This document shows, piece by piece, positions 16,429 to 29,593 of a stretch of 48,700 nucleotides of DNA. The number at the start of each line of letters is the position of its first letter. Within the stretch, counting starts at the first letter, position 1. The position numbers were made by a program, and so were the translations under genes. Origin of the DNA: Chlorokybus atmophyticus (Eukaryota; Plantae; Mesostigma and Chlorokybus algae); NCBI GenBank assembly GCA_009103225.1, contig RHPI01000330.1, forward strand, positions 30,719 through 79,418, given 5' to 3'. The notes under the pieces are model-generated. The model had not been told where the DNA came from. It searched no databases and saw only the letters and a program-made list of their open reading frames with translations.

Positions 16429-18051
16429 GTTGATGACGAGAACAACTGAAGCTGACTTCATAGTGTCAACCACGACGACCTTAGATCCCGCTATTACTGC
16501 TAGTTCACTGATTTCCTGCATGTTGTCACGACAAGGTTGCCCCTGTAGAGACACACCTTTTTAAGCATACTGCATATAGTCCCTACCGTGTGTGCGTAGT
16601 GTAGAGCCCGCAAGCGGTTCTGCTAGTAAACCTTAAAAAACCCCTAAGCCCATAGATTCTCCCTGGAATATGTTTCTGCATAAACTGCGTGTGCTCAGTG
16701 TCAACAGCCTTGACATTGCCATGTGCTGCATGTTGCTCACTCAATCATGGGACTTGATTCACTGACCATGATGCATGCAAACACAGCTGTGGCCACACGA
16801 AGGTTGCTTACCTATGAGTGACTGACATTCTGTCAAGCTCTCTCCCGTAGCGCTGTCCGCCGCGGCTGAGCTTTGCGCTCCATCATGCTTTCTGCCTGCA
16901 ACTTTGTCGGCAATGCACGCAAGCTCATTCGGCAAACAAATTGCTCTGAACTGAGGAGTAGCAACCAGTGTCCAGTAAGCAGGTGGTGGCAGTCTCAGCA
17001 CCTGAAGTTGCTAGCACTGCGTGTTACAGCGTACGCTCAACCAACATGCCAACAAGGAAACAACGCTCAACGCAACACCTAATGGGCCAGCATGATGCCC
17101 CGAGAGACAGCCTGTCCAGTCGTGCTACACCTGCCACTACATGCAGCAAGCTCAAACCACTCAGTACCAGCATACAAGCACAACAAGCGAGCGAGCAAGC
17201 AAGCAGGCAAGCCTCAACGCTGAGCAGCCTACAGGCTGAGCTCCTCTCCCGTGCTTGCCTTGTCCCTCCAAAGTCTGCCCTGACCCCATCGCCCTCATCC
17301 TCATCCCCATCCCCATCCTCCACCGCTCCTTCCATCTCTTTCAGCTCGCCTGCGCTGCGCCAAACGACAGCTATTTGCCCTTCCACCACACTGTGCGAGT
17401 CACATTGCAGCATTTGAGTTATTAGCGTTGCAAGCAGCTGTTTCGCTGCTTGTGTTTCAAACATTTGAACTGTGCGTTGGCGTGGCGGCAAAACGGCAGC
17501 GGCAGTGGCGGCGGCGGCGGAGGGGGTGAAGCAGGAGCAGGAGGAGGAGGAGGACGGGGGCTGTCTGCGTACAGTAAAGCTAGCTCAGGGTTGGCAGTCC
17601 AGCGCAGTGGTTTGCGTGGCGGTGTACTACCTGCCGTAGGGCGTGTTCGGAGTGGCAAGCGGTTTGCGACTGACGGTGAGCACAAATTGGGTAACTTTTG
17701 CTTGGGCACAGGCCAGTGTTGCTATCTGAGGTTTTCATCAGCGGGTTGCACATAGGAAGTTTACACTGTGTTGTCGTTTAGCCACTTTGCTTTTCAAGCA
17801 ACATTCCAGCTAGTCTATCCGAACATTGAGCCGCATTGTGCTGCTACTGCTGCTCGCCTTGGCTTGCGCGTGTGTGTAAGCGCGTGCGTATTTGCGTGCG
17901 TGCGTTGCTTTTGTACATAAAAGAGGATGCAATACATCACCTAGTCGGACTTAGCTGTCAAGGTTACTAAAATCAGCGTTTGATTCTGCTGCTGTGCTCA
18001 TGGTCAATGCTATATTACGCAAATAGGGAGGTAGGTGAACACAACTGTATC

Positions 18052-21000
18052 ATGAAGAGCGAAACCCAGCGGAAGAAGCAAGCTGCCTTACTCATGAGCA
18101 GTGGAGAACATGCGCGCGCGGCCGATCTGTACTTCAACTTGGGCCAGGACAAAGCCGATGAGCGCGCATGGGCAGAGGCTGGCTGCTACTTCAAGCAAGC
18201 GTATGACATTGCCAAACATTTCCTCCCTCGTGAAGCCCGCATACGAAACTGCCGAGCTCTCGGCGATGTCTGCGGTGAGCTAGGCGAACACGAACAAGCA
18301 ATATGCTATCAGGTAAGACCAATCTGTGAGACGTTGAAAGTTCTCAGCACGCCACTTCATGTTGGTATGGTGGTAACTTTGCAGGAAGAGCATTTGAAGT
18401 TGGCTCAAGCAGTTGGTAACATTGTGGAGCAGCAGCGAGCTCACACTCAGCTTGGGAGAAGCAAGCTGGATTACTACCAGATGAATGTGAATGCAGCTGA
18501 AGGCGCGAAAGCCATCCGAGAAGCAGAGCAGCACTTCTGCAACGCTCTCGACATCGCCACCAACAACATAGCGCTGCTGCATGACTGCGTGCCAGACGCC
18601 TACAACAATCTTGGGTACGGCAAATCAGGTCAATGTTGCGAGCACATAATGACCACTGGTTGCTGCTTCACGTGCTTATCAAGTACATGGGACATCATGA
18701 TACCTTGACTTACTGCATTGCGTGTGTAGCATGCACCCACGAATGCAGCCACGCACGCACGCACGCGCATGCACACACAGTACAGCTCTCAAAATGGTTG
18801 TATGGTTGTACATTGTACAGTTCACACACCAGCTGCATTGTGCTGAACTTGTACTGTGTCCAGCACATTGTGCCTCGAGTTGGATCGCCTTGAGGAGGCG
18901 CGGCAGTACCTTAACAAAGGCATGAAAGCCTTTCGTGAAGAGCAAGGCCCGCAAGTGAAGGCGCAGCTGTATAACAGTCTCGGGCAAGTGCACTCACGCC
19001 TCGAGAACTTTGATGAAGCTGAGGCAAGTGAATTTTTACCTTTGTGTAAGAAACCTCGTCTTAGTACTGCTTCACGTTGGTTTTTGTCTGCAGAAATACA
19101 TGACCTGGGACCTGAATGTTTGCAAGAAAGCTGAGGACCATGAAGGTGTTGGCAAGGCCTTTCTGACACTGGCGCTCTTGATGATCAAGTTGGGCAACAA
19201 GGAAGAAGCAGAAACATATCTCAAGGGTGCGTGATGTTGGTTGTGCTCGTGGCAACTTGTGTGCACATGGGCTGACACAGGATGTGGTCATGCTTGTTAA
19301 CAGAGGCAAGAAGGGTGTTCCAAAGGCTGCCTGATGCTGAAGAGTCGGGATTGTTTGAAGCAGTTGATGAAGCGCGAGAAACTCTGCGGGTCAAAGATAA
19401 GGCGCAGGTACGCAAGCCCGTAGCAGTTGTTGGCTTGCAAGCATGATTACAGGCGCATGCTGATCAACTGTCATGCAGAGTGAGTGACTCTGCTGGTTAC
19501 TGTCTTGCAACAGAGCGAGATCAGAAGGCTTCAGGACACACTTGAGAGCTTGGTAAAGCACTCACCAGCGCAGAGCGCGGAGCAGCTGCAGTTGTTGAAA
19601 GAACTGCTGTTGCTATACGACAGCTATCTGGATCAGTTCACAGCAAAGAACAACACGACAGCAGACATATCGACCAAGGGCAGCGAGGTCAGACAACTTT
19701 TTCTTTTAACGGTCTCACCGTCCTCTGCCATACCACTAACTTGGGGTGAGTGTGCAGATGTTGAAGCATGCCGAACAGATGTTGGCTGTTGCGGGGCAAT
19801 CTAGGCTTAGGGAGAAGGGCTTGGCGCGCTACTTGATTGCAACAGCATTCAACCATAAGAAACAGCATGTGCTCGCAGCAGAGCAGTATGAGCTGGCAGC
19901 TGCTGCCTATGTCGAGGCCAACGACTCTGAGGTTCGCCTGCAACTTGTGACAGTGCGGTTGCCATCGACTCCAGTGTGTTGGTGACATGTGGGTGCGTGG
20001 CTCAGGGTCTGGTGGACACATTGCTCATGCACGGAAACGCGCTGGACTGGGCTGGGCGGTACCTAGAAGCCGAACAGAAGTACAAGGAAGCACTGAAGTA
20101 ATCGTGCATGTCCCTGAACGTGACACTGAGAAGCGCAGGTTCCATGCCTGATATGCTGTGTTTGCAATGTCAGGGTTGCTCAAGATGTGGACGATATCCA
20201 GAAGCAGATTTCAAGCTATGAGAACTTAGAATACTTATACACCGAACGATTGCATCGCACATCCGAAGCCAGGTGTGCCATTGCATGCCTATGGCCAATT
20301 CATCAATGTTGTTGTTCATGCTGTATGTATCTAGTGTTTAGCGGGGAGGCCCGGCCAATTGTATCATCTCTGCAGAGCTATCACCAAGGTCCTTGCTGAA
20401 CTTCATACGCAAGTAGAGCAACAACCTGATGCATCTCCAGTAGTCACGAAGCATGCAGCCCGAGTGGAAGCCATGTCCACCCAGCCGCAACACGGGCGTG
20501 CCAACACGCCAAACGTGAAGGCACGCCTCGGCAACAACCTCACCGACTCCAGCAATGCTGCTGGCACGCATAGAGGGAGAGCTGTCAAAGTATTGCGACC
20601 ACATGTGGATGCAGTTCCAGAGCAAGAACACAGCCATGTGCCCAAAAAGCGGCGGGCAGCCATTGTCATGGAGTCAGACAGCGATGAAGATGATAGTGCT
20701 GAGCGCAATGACCATTATAAGGAGCGATTTCCAGAGGTCTTTTCAGCGGAACCTCTAGTGTACCAGGTATGACAGGGTTGCCTTGGCATGCTTGTTTTGC
20801 TCATCAGCCTGGAGAGCTGACCAACAGATATGAGGCACTCTAACAAAAGCTTTGTGCATGCTTGTACGCTGCAGCTGCCAGCTACAGGTATAGACAAAAC
20901 AAGCGACCATGCACGCGTTGACGGAGGTCAAGATATGCCGGATGCCAATCGACCCACGGACAGTGCTGCACGCAGCGGTCCTGCACGAGTTGCGTCTGTG

Positions 21001-23304
21001 GTGGTGAACATAGATGGCCAGTGTCTGAAACTGCTCCCGCCGGAAGACGCTACTACTCCAGTGCAATGGCTGATGGATGAAGCCGTCTGTTTGTATTCCT
21101 GCAACTCCCATACAGGTGCCTACCAATTGTCTTTCTGATGTCCGGCTCGTGGTAATGAGCAGTTGCTGTGTGCTTGACTATGTGTAGAATCTTTGTTTTG
21201 TCAGGAAAGGTGCCTATTCTTCGCTTGCTGATGTTGCAAGGTGCAACGCTCAGCCCAACACAATCAATACAAGCCGCACTGGTTGATACAGCAAATACCA
21301 GTTCCGAAGTCGTTCTCACTGCGGTGGTGGATGGCTGGAAGCAGGCAAGTTGCTCACAACTCATGGCAGATCAGATAGCAACACGTGACGCCTCTATACT
21401 GAAGATCTTTGGTGTATCGCAGATGCCAATGTCTACAAGATATGAAGCGCAGTGCAGAGTCTTTGACACAGTCACGAATGACCAGGCGCTGGCTGCGTTG
21501 AGACGCATGGATTCGGCGCCTGGAGATTTAATAGACTTGAAAGACTGCAGGCTAACAGATGCAGACTGCCAACCTCTGATGACAGTGCTGGCCGAAAAGA
21601 CCCTTACCATTGCCCTGAACCTGCAGAATAACCGCATCGGTGAGCAAGCGCATATCAACAGCATGGGTGACTCTTCACGAGGAATCCTTGTGAAGCAGGC
21701 CTTGCTCAGGTCATGCATCACATGCCTCTGCGCAAGACTGTGTCGTCTCCACTGTAGTTCTCGGGAGGTGATGCTGTTGCGCATACTGAACTAACTATCA
21801 GTCATTTCATGTAGGTAGCGGCGGCATGCAGTACATCATGCAGATGTTTGCAAAGAGCAGGCAACCCGGTCTATGTCTCCAGCTGAACCTCAGTAGAAAC
21901 TGCTTGAGTCCAGCTGCCATGTTCCAGCTCAGCAGCTGTTTGGCCATCCTCGAAAGGCTGGAATGCTTGGACCTATCTTACAACCCGCTCACCGATAGCT
22001 CTGCGCGGCATATTGCTGCCATCCTCCAGCAAGCACCTGGTACAAGCATGTCCTTGGACACACTATCTCATTGTGTGCAATCACTCAAACAACACTCCGT
22101 CGCGTGCTGCACAGGTTTGCTGGAGTTGAAGCTGCAAGACTGCAGCATAGGCACAGCTGCAGTGCGGGCCTTAACAGCCGCTTTGCGGGAATCCAGCATG
22201 CTCGCTACACTTGACTTGAGCTTCAACTCTTCCATCTCTGCTGAGGCACTTGTTAGTCTCACTGAGCGTCTGTCAGTGCTGCCCGGCTTTCAGCATCTGA
22301 GCCTCGCCGGTATCGAGTTGGATGACACTGCAGCAGGTTGCTTGGGCCGAATGCTGGTCGCTTGCAAGACTCTGCAAAGCCTGGACTTATCAACAACGGA
22401 GCTTGGTGATGTGAGTACTATGCTCACTTGTGACATCTGTTACGCAGGTTAGCACTGAAGTTGACAATGAAGCCTTGTCTTGTACTATGCAGATAGGTGC
22501 GGTGGCCTTTGCGCACGGATTTGGCAACGACGGGCGGGCAAGCTTGCAGAGTTTGAGTGTCAGGCAATGCGACATCACCGGGAGAGGTGCCGGCACTCTT
22601 GTCAAGTACTTGAACAAAGTTTGCGGCCTCGCTAGCCTCGATCTCAGCCGCAACACACTCACACAAGAGGTGAGAGGGTGGAGGTTGCTGCCTCGTGTTT
22701 AGTATAAGTTAATGCACGCATAACACCCAGCAGTGACCTACATATGCTCACTTGTTTCTCTTGGGTACATGTTCATGTACAGTGCCCAGACATAACTTGC
22801 ACGGGGTTTTTGAACATGGATCATCAAGGACCATCATTGCATGTATCACACGCAGGTTGTAAGAGAGCTTGGTTGCCTGCTGCGAGGCGAATCAACGCGC
22901 TTGAAGTCTCTGAACGTGGAGCACTGCGAGTTGACCGGCACCAACCTAGCCACCCTACTGCAAGCTGCTGCAGGCAAGACTGCACCATCCTCACTTGATG
23001 CACGGGTGAACATAGAATCGCATGCCAGTAAACTGACATTGCAACCCTGCTTTCAACAGACAGCAACACGCTTACCACGCTCGAGGCAGCGGGCAATGCG
23101 TTGGGCAGCACTGTGGCAGACAGTGCGCAAGTTGTTGCGAGTATGGTGAAGGCGCTGCGCAGGTGCCACAAATTGAGAAAGCTTGACCTGAGAGATTGTG
23201 ATCTCATCACACAGCATGTAACCATACTGCATGCGGCCTGGGCAGAACGATGTCGCGTAGATAAGCGAGCTGCTGTTGATACAAGTGAAGCGTTCTTTTG
23301 CTAA
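18052..23304 (+). CDS. TSK: TONSOKU/BRUSHY1/MGO3-like protein (N-terminal TPRs, acidic linker, UBL-like segment, C-terminal LRRs); multi-exon
   Basis: TPR exons (CRALGDVCGELGEHEQAICYQ|EEHLKLAQAVGNIVEQQRAHTQLGR; DAYNNLG; HGNALDWAG), then DEAVCLY..VLTAVVDGWK, then LRRs (LNLSRNCLSPAAMFQLSSC..LERLECLDLSYNPLTDSSARHIA; LDLSFNSSIS). These follow the Arabidopsis TSK sequence as I recall it. No ankyrin repeats seen. The start at 18052 is the first plausible ATG; internal exon limits were not all resolved. Confidence 0.85.
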
Positions 23305-23392
23305 AACTTGCTAAGATTTGCTCAGCTCGCTCGATTGCTCCTGCATGAAGACAATGCTGTAAAGGTCCACACTTTCGTTGCCATGTCACAAA

Positions 23393-23600
23393 AAGTGTGC
23401 ATTGCGTGTACCCTTGTGCAATGCCACACCTAACAGTGAGGAAACTACCATTGGGCGTGCTCAGGTATGATATGATAACGGATGTCAGTGGCATGCCATG
23501 AGTTGAATGCAGATCGTGCAGAACTTCCGTGATGTACCCAACAACCATTGCACTCGCTCTTGAACAAGTCAAAGGCTTGAAGACGAGATCCATGTGGAAG
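23393..23600 (-). mobile_element. Possible degenerate non-LTR reverse-transcriptase fragment
   Basis: VFHMDLVFK..VLHDLHSTHGMPLTSVIISYLSTPNGSFLTVRCGIAQGYTQCTLF resembles LINE RT ..FlDl.KAFD..L...G....I.SYLS...NG....V..GVpQG....LF. No YADD motif seen. Confidence 0.3.
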
Positions 23601-23944
23601 ACATTTTGAAGATCACACGCACAGCAGCTGCTCAGTCCATACTTCACACTCTTGTGCGGCTCTGACCGATCACAAGCAAGGAGCCTGATTGCAGAACGAA
23701 GTGAAGTAGTTTGATTAATGCATGTGCACAGCTGCTCATTGACAGCGCAAGGCAAACTGTTTGCTTATTTCAACGGTTCCTATGGAACAACAATCAACTG
23801 CCCATGGAGCAAGCCTCCATAGACATGCACTAATGTGCCCCAAGAACTGATCCAACTTGCTAATAAGCAAGGCAGCTAACTTCACGCTCACAACAAGTGA
23901 GAAATGCAAGATATGTACAGTAACAATAGATGAGCAACAAGCCC

Positions 23945-25462
23945 TCAATCGTGGATTCCGTATTTGGACTGCCAGCCTCGAGCTCCTTCAAACCCATTGC
24001 GCCCAGCCTCGTAATCCTTGAATGTGTCCATCAACTGTTGCCTTGTGTTCATCACAAACGGGCCGTACTGGGCGACAGGTTCGTTGTGGGGCTTGCCGGC
24101 AATCAGGACAAAACGCAGTTTGTCCTGGGACTTATTATGCACTTCAACCGCATCGCCAGCACCCAACACCAACGTATGGTGAGCGTCGGACTCAAGCGCC
24201 CCCGCACCAAAGACGCCGTGCCCATTCAACACGTATATGAACCCATTCCAACCTTCCGGTACCTGTTGCAACAGTGAACAACTTAACACACATTGTGCAT
24301 TAGATGTACATCACCACAGATTACCAAGCATACAGGCATGGGCGCGTGCACAACAGTGCGGTATGTTCCACAGCCATTCAACACAAGCTGCACTTATTCA
24401 GCACCGCTTGTGCATGTGCAACAACGGAGCACACTTTATGTACTCCACTTACTGGCTGGGTCACTTGAGCTCCTGGGTCCAGTGTGAAGTCCAGATACAT
24501 AGTGGGCGTTCTTGTGTACACGGGCGACTTGGTGCCCAGAGACTCGCCTGCAATCACCGCCACCGTGATGCCGTCTTTGCTGACTTTGGGCACCTCTGAA
24601 CCCTTCAACTCCTGATACGCTGGAGGGACCCTGCGCGCATGAGGCACATGTTCCAGTTGCATCCGAGTGAACGTATCACAAGCCTGTACATGTCCCTGAT
24701 GATGTGCATGACTGTGAGTGCAATGCATGAGTGCTGAGTGGCTCCATGCGCGGTGCTCACATCTTGTCTTTTGAGCTCAGGTTGACCCACAGCTGCAGAC
24801 CGTGCGCCGGCTCCTGTGATGCTGGCATCTCAGAGTGCACGATGCCCCGTCCTGCAGTCATCCACTGCAGACAACCAAGGTTCGATTACACGCAAAAGGA
24901 CACTCTGTTGCAAGCGCTGCTTTACATGGGATGCCATTGTGACAGATATGACACTGTACTGTGGCTGATTCACAAGTTGACATCTGCCATTATGTGAACA
25001 GAAGAAGTCAAACAGCAGCAGGCCACAGTACCTGCAAATCTCCAGGCCCAATCGTGCCCGCGTTGCCTGCAAAGTCCTCATGTCGGAACGAACCACCATC
25101 AATGACGTACGACACAGTCTCAAACCCGCGATGCGGATGGTCCGGAAACCCACCCGGCAACCCCACTGCCAGGTAAAGCAAGTTTGACCACAGTGGTTCA
25201 GCTTAGTCATTGTGCACTCACCCATAGCTGCGCAAACACAAACACACGGGCACACGCAACCGCACATACACACGCACATTTTAACTTGATCCTAGCAGTG
25301 CGCACCTCTGAACTCGTCCAGGAGCAGAAAGGGGTCAAGGTTCTGCAGCTCTGGTCTGCCAATGGAGCGCCGTACGCGTGCGCCGTGGCCTTCAGATTGC
25401 TCTTGCGACAAGAACTTTTTTGTGACGCTGCGCGGCTTCACAGCTGCCGCCTGCGCCGCCAT
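23945..25462 (-). CDS. PIR: Pirin-family bicupin protein, 296 aa from the first conserved ATG
   Basis: Five in-frame GT-AG exons: 25462..25306, 25165..25032, 24864..24761, 24630..24453 and 24262..23945 (891 nt). Motifs [44 protein letters not shown] and [13 protein letters not shown]; metal ligands H-x-H and H-x-E are intact. Confidence 0.95.
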
Positions 25463-26898
25463 GCTTACCGCTTGCACCTTAGCCGAGAGCTGAACAGAGA
25501 AGTCTATTGGTGCCAGCATTGACGAAAGAATAACACCAGTGCTCAGCGGCACATGAATAAGAGAAGCACAAGCATGCAATACAAGTCTGCAGTAGCAGCA
25601 GTAGCAATGCTAGTTCCACGCAATGACATGCAGCAAGCGCAAAAACACAGTGCATATGACAGCTGCGGTGAAGTCTTCTGGTCTCAGTGACTTGGTTGTT
25701 CAGCGGCACTGACCCAGCTTGCGTTGGGAGGGGAGGCAGCAGCAGGCAGCGGAGAGGTGCCCAGCCTCAAGCACAGAGATACCAGCGAGGAGAGTAGCAG
25801 AACCACACCAAACCCTAACAGCACAAGCACCTGCAAGCTACCCCTTCCCCTCACCGAGCGGTTGCGGCCTGCAGGCAGCAGCGTCAAAGCGGATGCAAGC
25901 AGCCCGCCGCCTCTCTTGATGCTAGCGCCTTCCCTTGCTACACCTCCTCCTCCTCCGCCCCTCCTCGCAAACCACACCCCTGTCGTTGGCGCCAGCGTGC
26001 ACCGCAGCGTGCACCGCAGCATGCCGTGCCGGCAGCGGCGATGTCGCTGCGTTACTCCTTGTGGCTGTGACCACTATTAACTCTGTGTTTATGTGTATTC
26101 AGAATTTCACCGCCGGCGTATCGTCGTTGCAGTACCGTACGCATCGGGGTACCATGTGTTATGGATGCACAAATGCACGTTGGTTCTGGAAGGTACGGCA
26201 AGATACTATACTGTGCAGGCGACGTACTATACAGTACTAGACCGTAACAGCCGGGAGCTTGTACAGTGTACAATGTACACGCCTCAGCGCCTGTGCCGTG
26301 GTGACACCCAACGTGCACCGTAACTCGCAACTGAGCATTACACCATGTAATTCTACAAACACTTCAAAAAACCCCTGAGAGGTCTACTAGTATGGCACAC
26401 AATATGGTTTGTGATGCCTTTATCTGATGACTCCTAACAAAACAGAACATTCAATTATTTGGCGCCAATGATATGAGAGAGATTTTGCCTTCGGTGGCAA
26501 CTTAACTTGGTGTATCATGCATGTAGCATTGAATGCTGCATGCACATGTATCGGTATGTGGATACAATTCGTATACACAATTGGCGCTGCGCGTTTGTGA
26601 GACATGTATACGCGCATATCTACATAAATACAATGATATTTACTACTACATTGGAATTAACAATATTTGACATCATTTGTATAAAATGCTTTACATTTAT
26701 AGTAATTTGTAGTAATTGATCTGTGCACATTTCTATTATGGATGATTTGCGCAATAACATCATCAATCAATACAAACGCACTAAGATGCATATCGATCAA
26801 GGACACGAATGAATTTGACATTGCAATGGTTTAGGAATGATACAACATGTATTTATTCATATGTAATGTTGCTACCGCAATAGTGCAAATAGAGGACA

Positions 26899-27104
26899 CC
26901 CCCCCCCCCCCCCCCCNNNNNNNNNNNNNNNNNNNNNNNNNNNNNNNNNNNNNNNNNNNNNNNNNNNNNNNNNNNNNNNNNNNNNNNNNNNNNNNNNNNN
27001 NNNNNNNNNNNNNNNNNNNNNNNNNNNNNNNNNNNNNNNNNNNNNNNNNNNNNNNNNNNNNNNNNNNNNNNNNNNNNNNNNNNNNNNNNNNNNNGGGGGG
27101 GGGG
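26899..27104. other. Assembly gap (178 N, 26917-27094) flanked by poly-C on the left and poly-G on the right
   Basis: Seen directly in the sequence. Confidence 0.95.
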
Positions 27105-27131
27105 ACAAAGGGGGGTTGTATTACGCACAAA

Positions 27132-27198
27132 TACGGCAACATTGACATGTCGATGTTGCCGTAGTAGTCTTCATAAACTCAATATATTGAGTTCATGA
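27132..27198. repeat. Two adjacent near-perfect palindromes
   Basis: 27132-27163 TACGGCAACATTGACA/TGTCGATGTTGCCGTA (16-bp arms, 1 mismatch) and 27171-27198 TCATAAACTCAATA/TATTGAGTTCATGA (14-bp arms, 1 mismatch). Confidence 0.85.
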
Positions 27199-27583
27199 CA
27201 ACTATTACTTTGACCTCCGATATATGTACAGATAGACAATGCAAATGATACAAGCGCTGCTCACAAGCCCACACTGTTTTTAGCTCAAAAATATGTGCTT
27301 AACAAATGCGCTTATTATCAATGGCATCACTTGTGCAATGCTTAACATGAAGGCATACTTGAACACAAGAGACATCCGCTATCACACCTGCATTCTCTTT
27401 GTGTGCGAGCATAACATACATAGTTGAGTGCATAGCCTTATATGTATGCAAAAGACAAGCAAATGTACGACCCCTAGATACTCGTTTATGCCAGCCCTGA
27501 CAAGCTACTCGCTGTTCTGCGAACACATTGCGTGACAGTTAAGAGTCATCATGTAATGACCCAAGCAACTAGACCTACCCTTT

Positions 27584-28776
27584 TTATGCTGTTCTAGGCT
27601 TAGGAACACCACTCCCAAACATGCCTCCAACACGCTTCCGTTTCCTCCCCATGCAAGGAGCAGCAGTTAGCCGGCACGCATCGCGGTAGTTCCACCTCAC
27701 AAACTCCCGACACGCTTCCCGCGCAGCATTGAAGACTGCAGCACCACAGAAGTTTTACTTAGAGTGAACAAGCCTACACATCTGGTCAGCAAGAGGCAAC
27801 TTTCAATGCTGCTTACTGTCTTGCTCTTCTGTAGTCAGCACTCTCCTCATCTTCTCAGCGCTCTCGTCGCTTGTCGAGTGTGCTTTGATCAGCAGCTGAG
27901 TGTAGCGCCCTTGAAACGTGCTTAGAACAAAGTGCGCAAGCTTGCTGTCCTGTGTCCTGCGGTGAAGGCAGCAAGTCTTCAGTCAAGATGAACAAGATTG
28001 CTTGGACACAAGTGCACAGCAAAAGGTGCCAAAAATCACCATATACAAGCACTCACAGTGGCAGCAGCTTGCAGGCCAGCTCGTAGAAGTATGCACAGCG
28101 CTCTCTCAATCGCACGTGACCAGCCTCAGCTTGCACTTCATCTTGCAACCTGTATTGCAAAGCAACAACAGGTCACTTAAGAACAGTCCAGTCTTGTCCC
28201 AACCCCTACCAGTACAACAACCAGCTTGCAGTGCACTCGACGAACACACTCTTTGCACCTTTTGCCGTAGTATTTAGGCAGGGAGGCAGTGGCCATGTCA
28301 CGCGAAGTTAGTGCAGGAAGCATCCAGTAGGGCAGCTCCAGCTTGGCGCCTGCTTTGAGCTGTGAAAGGCATGTAGCTACCATCAGCACAGCTGGCAGCA
28401 GTGGTAGTGCTTCAACAACACACTTACGTCCTGATCAGCAGTGCTGGAATCAAGCGCTCGCCCGACGTTCACAGCTGCTGTGTTGAACACCACTGGCACG
28501 CGCTGTGGAAGAAAGACTGTCAGCCAGCTGGTCGTTTGCTTGAAACAACCACAAGCGTCGCAAGCACAGAAGGCAGTGAATGTCTCAACCGCATACAAGC
28601 TGTCAGTTGGAAGGCGAGAGGCACCCATAAGCATTGCAAGCAAGCAGTGCGTCTAAAAGTTGTGTGTGCTGTCCGCAACAAGAAAGCAAGTGATGGTTGA
28701 CTGTCAGCAGCTGAAGCATCCAGTCTCTTACCTCTTCTTCGGACAGAATGTCGTCCAAGTCGTAGTAGCTGCTCAT
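27584..28776 (-). CDS. PSF3: GINS complex subunit Psf3
   Basis: Exon 1 28776..28732 MSSYYDLDDILSEEE, then RVPVVFNTAAVNVGRALDSS, LKAGAKLELPYWML..LPKYYG, LQDEVQAEAGHVRLRERCAYFYELACKL, FQGRY..LTTEEQD, and last exon FNAAREACREFVRW..MGRKRKR..*. All match the Psf3/GINS3 pattern. Confidence 0.92.
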
Positions 28777-29593
28777 GTCTGCTGCTGGACAAGCCCCCCT
28801 CCCAACTATTTGGCCCCAAGCTGCTTGACACTATCACAACCACGAACAGCTAGCTGGACTACACCCTGTGCACCATCCTTCTCCCACTACCCACACTCCC
28901 ACGATAAGCCGCTTCTCCGACGCACAAGAAGAAGAACACGCAATGAACAGCTGGCTATGCTCTTCCTCCTCAAGCCAGCAGACAGCTGTGCTAACCAGAA
29001 AGCCCTGTCAACCAGCACAGAAGCTTGCTTTCTCCCCTCTTCAGGCGGAACAGACCACAGCCAAAACGTTGACAAATGTTCCTCCTGAAGCGAATGCGCA
29101 CTACACTGAGACGCCCAGAAAACACAGCAACACAGCCAATAACACCGCCGCCGCCGCCGCTTCCACCGCCGCCTCCACTGCTGCCGCCCAGCACCAAAGC
29201 ATGAAAGCTACACCATATGTGGTGTGACATTCACACCAGCAGTGCAAAACAATTCATATTTTTGAAAAATCAAACAACGGGCAACGGCTCAGAAAGGCGC
29301 GCCAGATAGAAAACAGACTGTTTCGTCAGTCTGAAACAGTCTATCATTCAAAGACCAGACTGGCGGGCGAATTGGACCGTTGGCGTTTGTTTGGGCTTGA
29401 TGCCTTTATAAAACGCAACGCTGAATTCCTATACAGCAAAGGGAAGTTTATCGCCATGGAAGGGCAGTTAAGCTGTAAGTTCCGCTGGGCAGTGTAAGCG
29501 GCAGCGGCGGCGGGTTTGTCGTGGATGTCACTGAACTACTTAGTGTAGTGGAAAAGGTGTGAGGTGTGAGGCTGCGTAGGAGTGTGGGGAGCT

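Noticed and set aside
16450-17335. Possible minus-strand spliced gene starting MEGAVEDGDGDEDEG
   Set aside because: Splice-like signals exist, but every exon chain I tried ended early and no domain was recognisable; it needs RNA-seq.
26831-27164. ORFs spanning the N gap
   Set aside because: They consist mostly of X residues and homopolymer-derived Pro/Gly.
27584-28776. Initial impression of GINS Psf2
   Set aside because: YYDLDDILSEEE and the KLELPxW..LP..Y..VxLR..C.YFYE pattern are those of Psf3.
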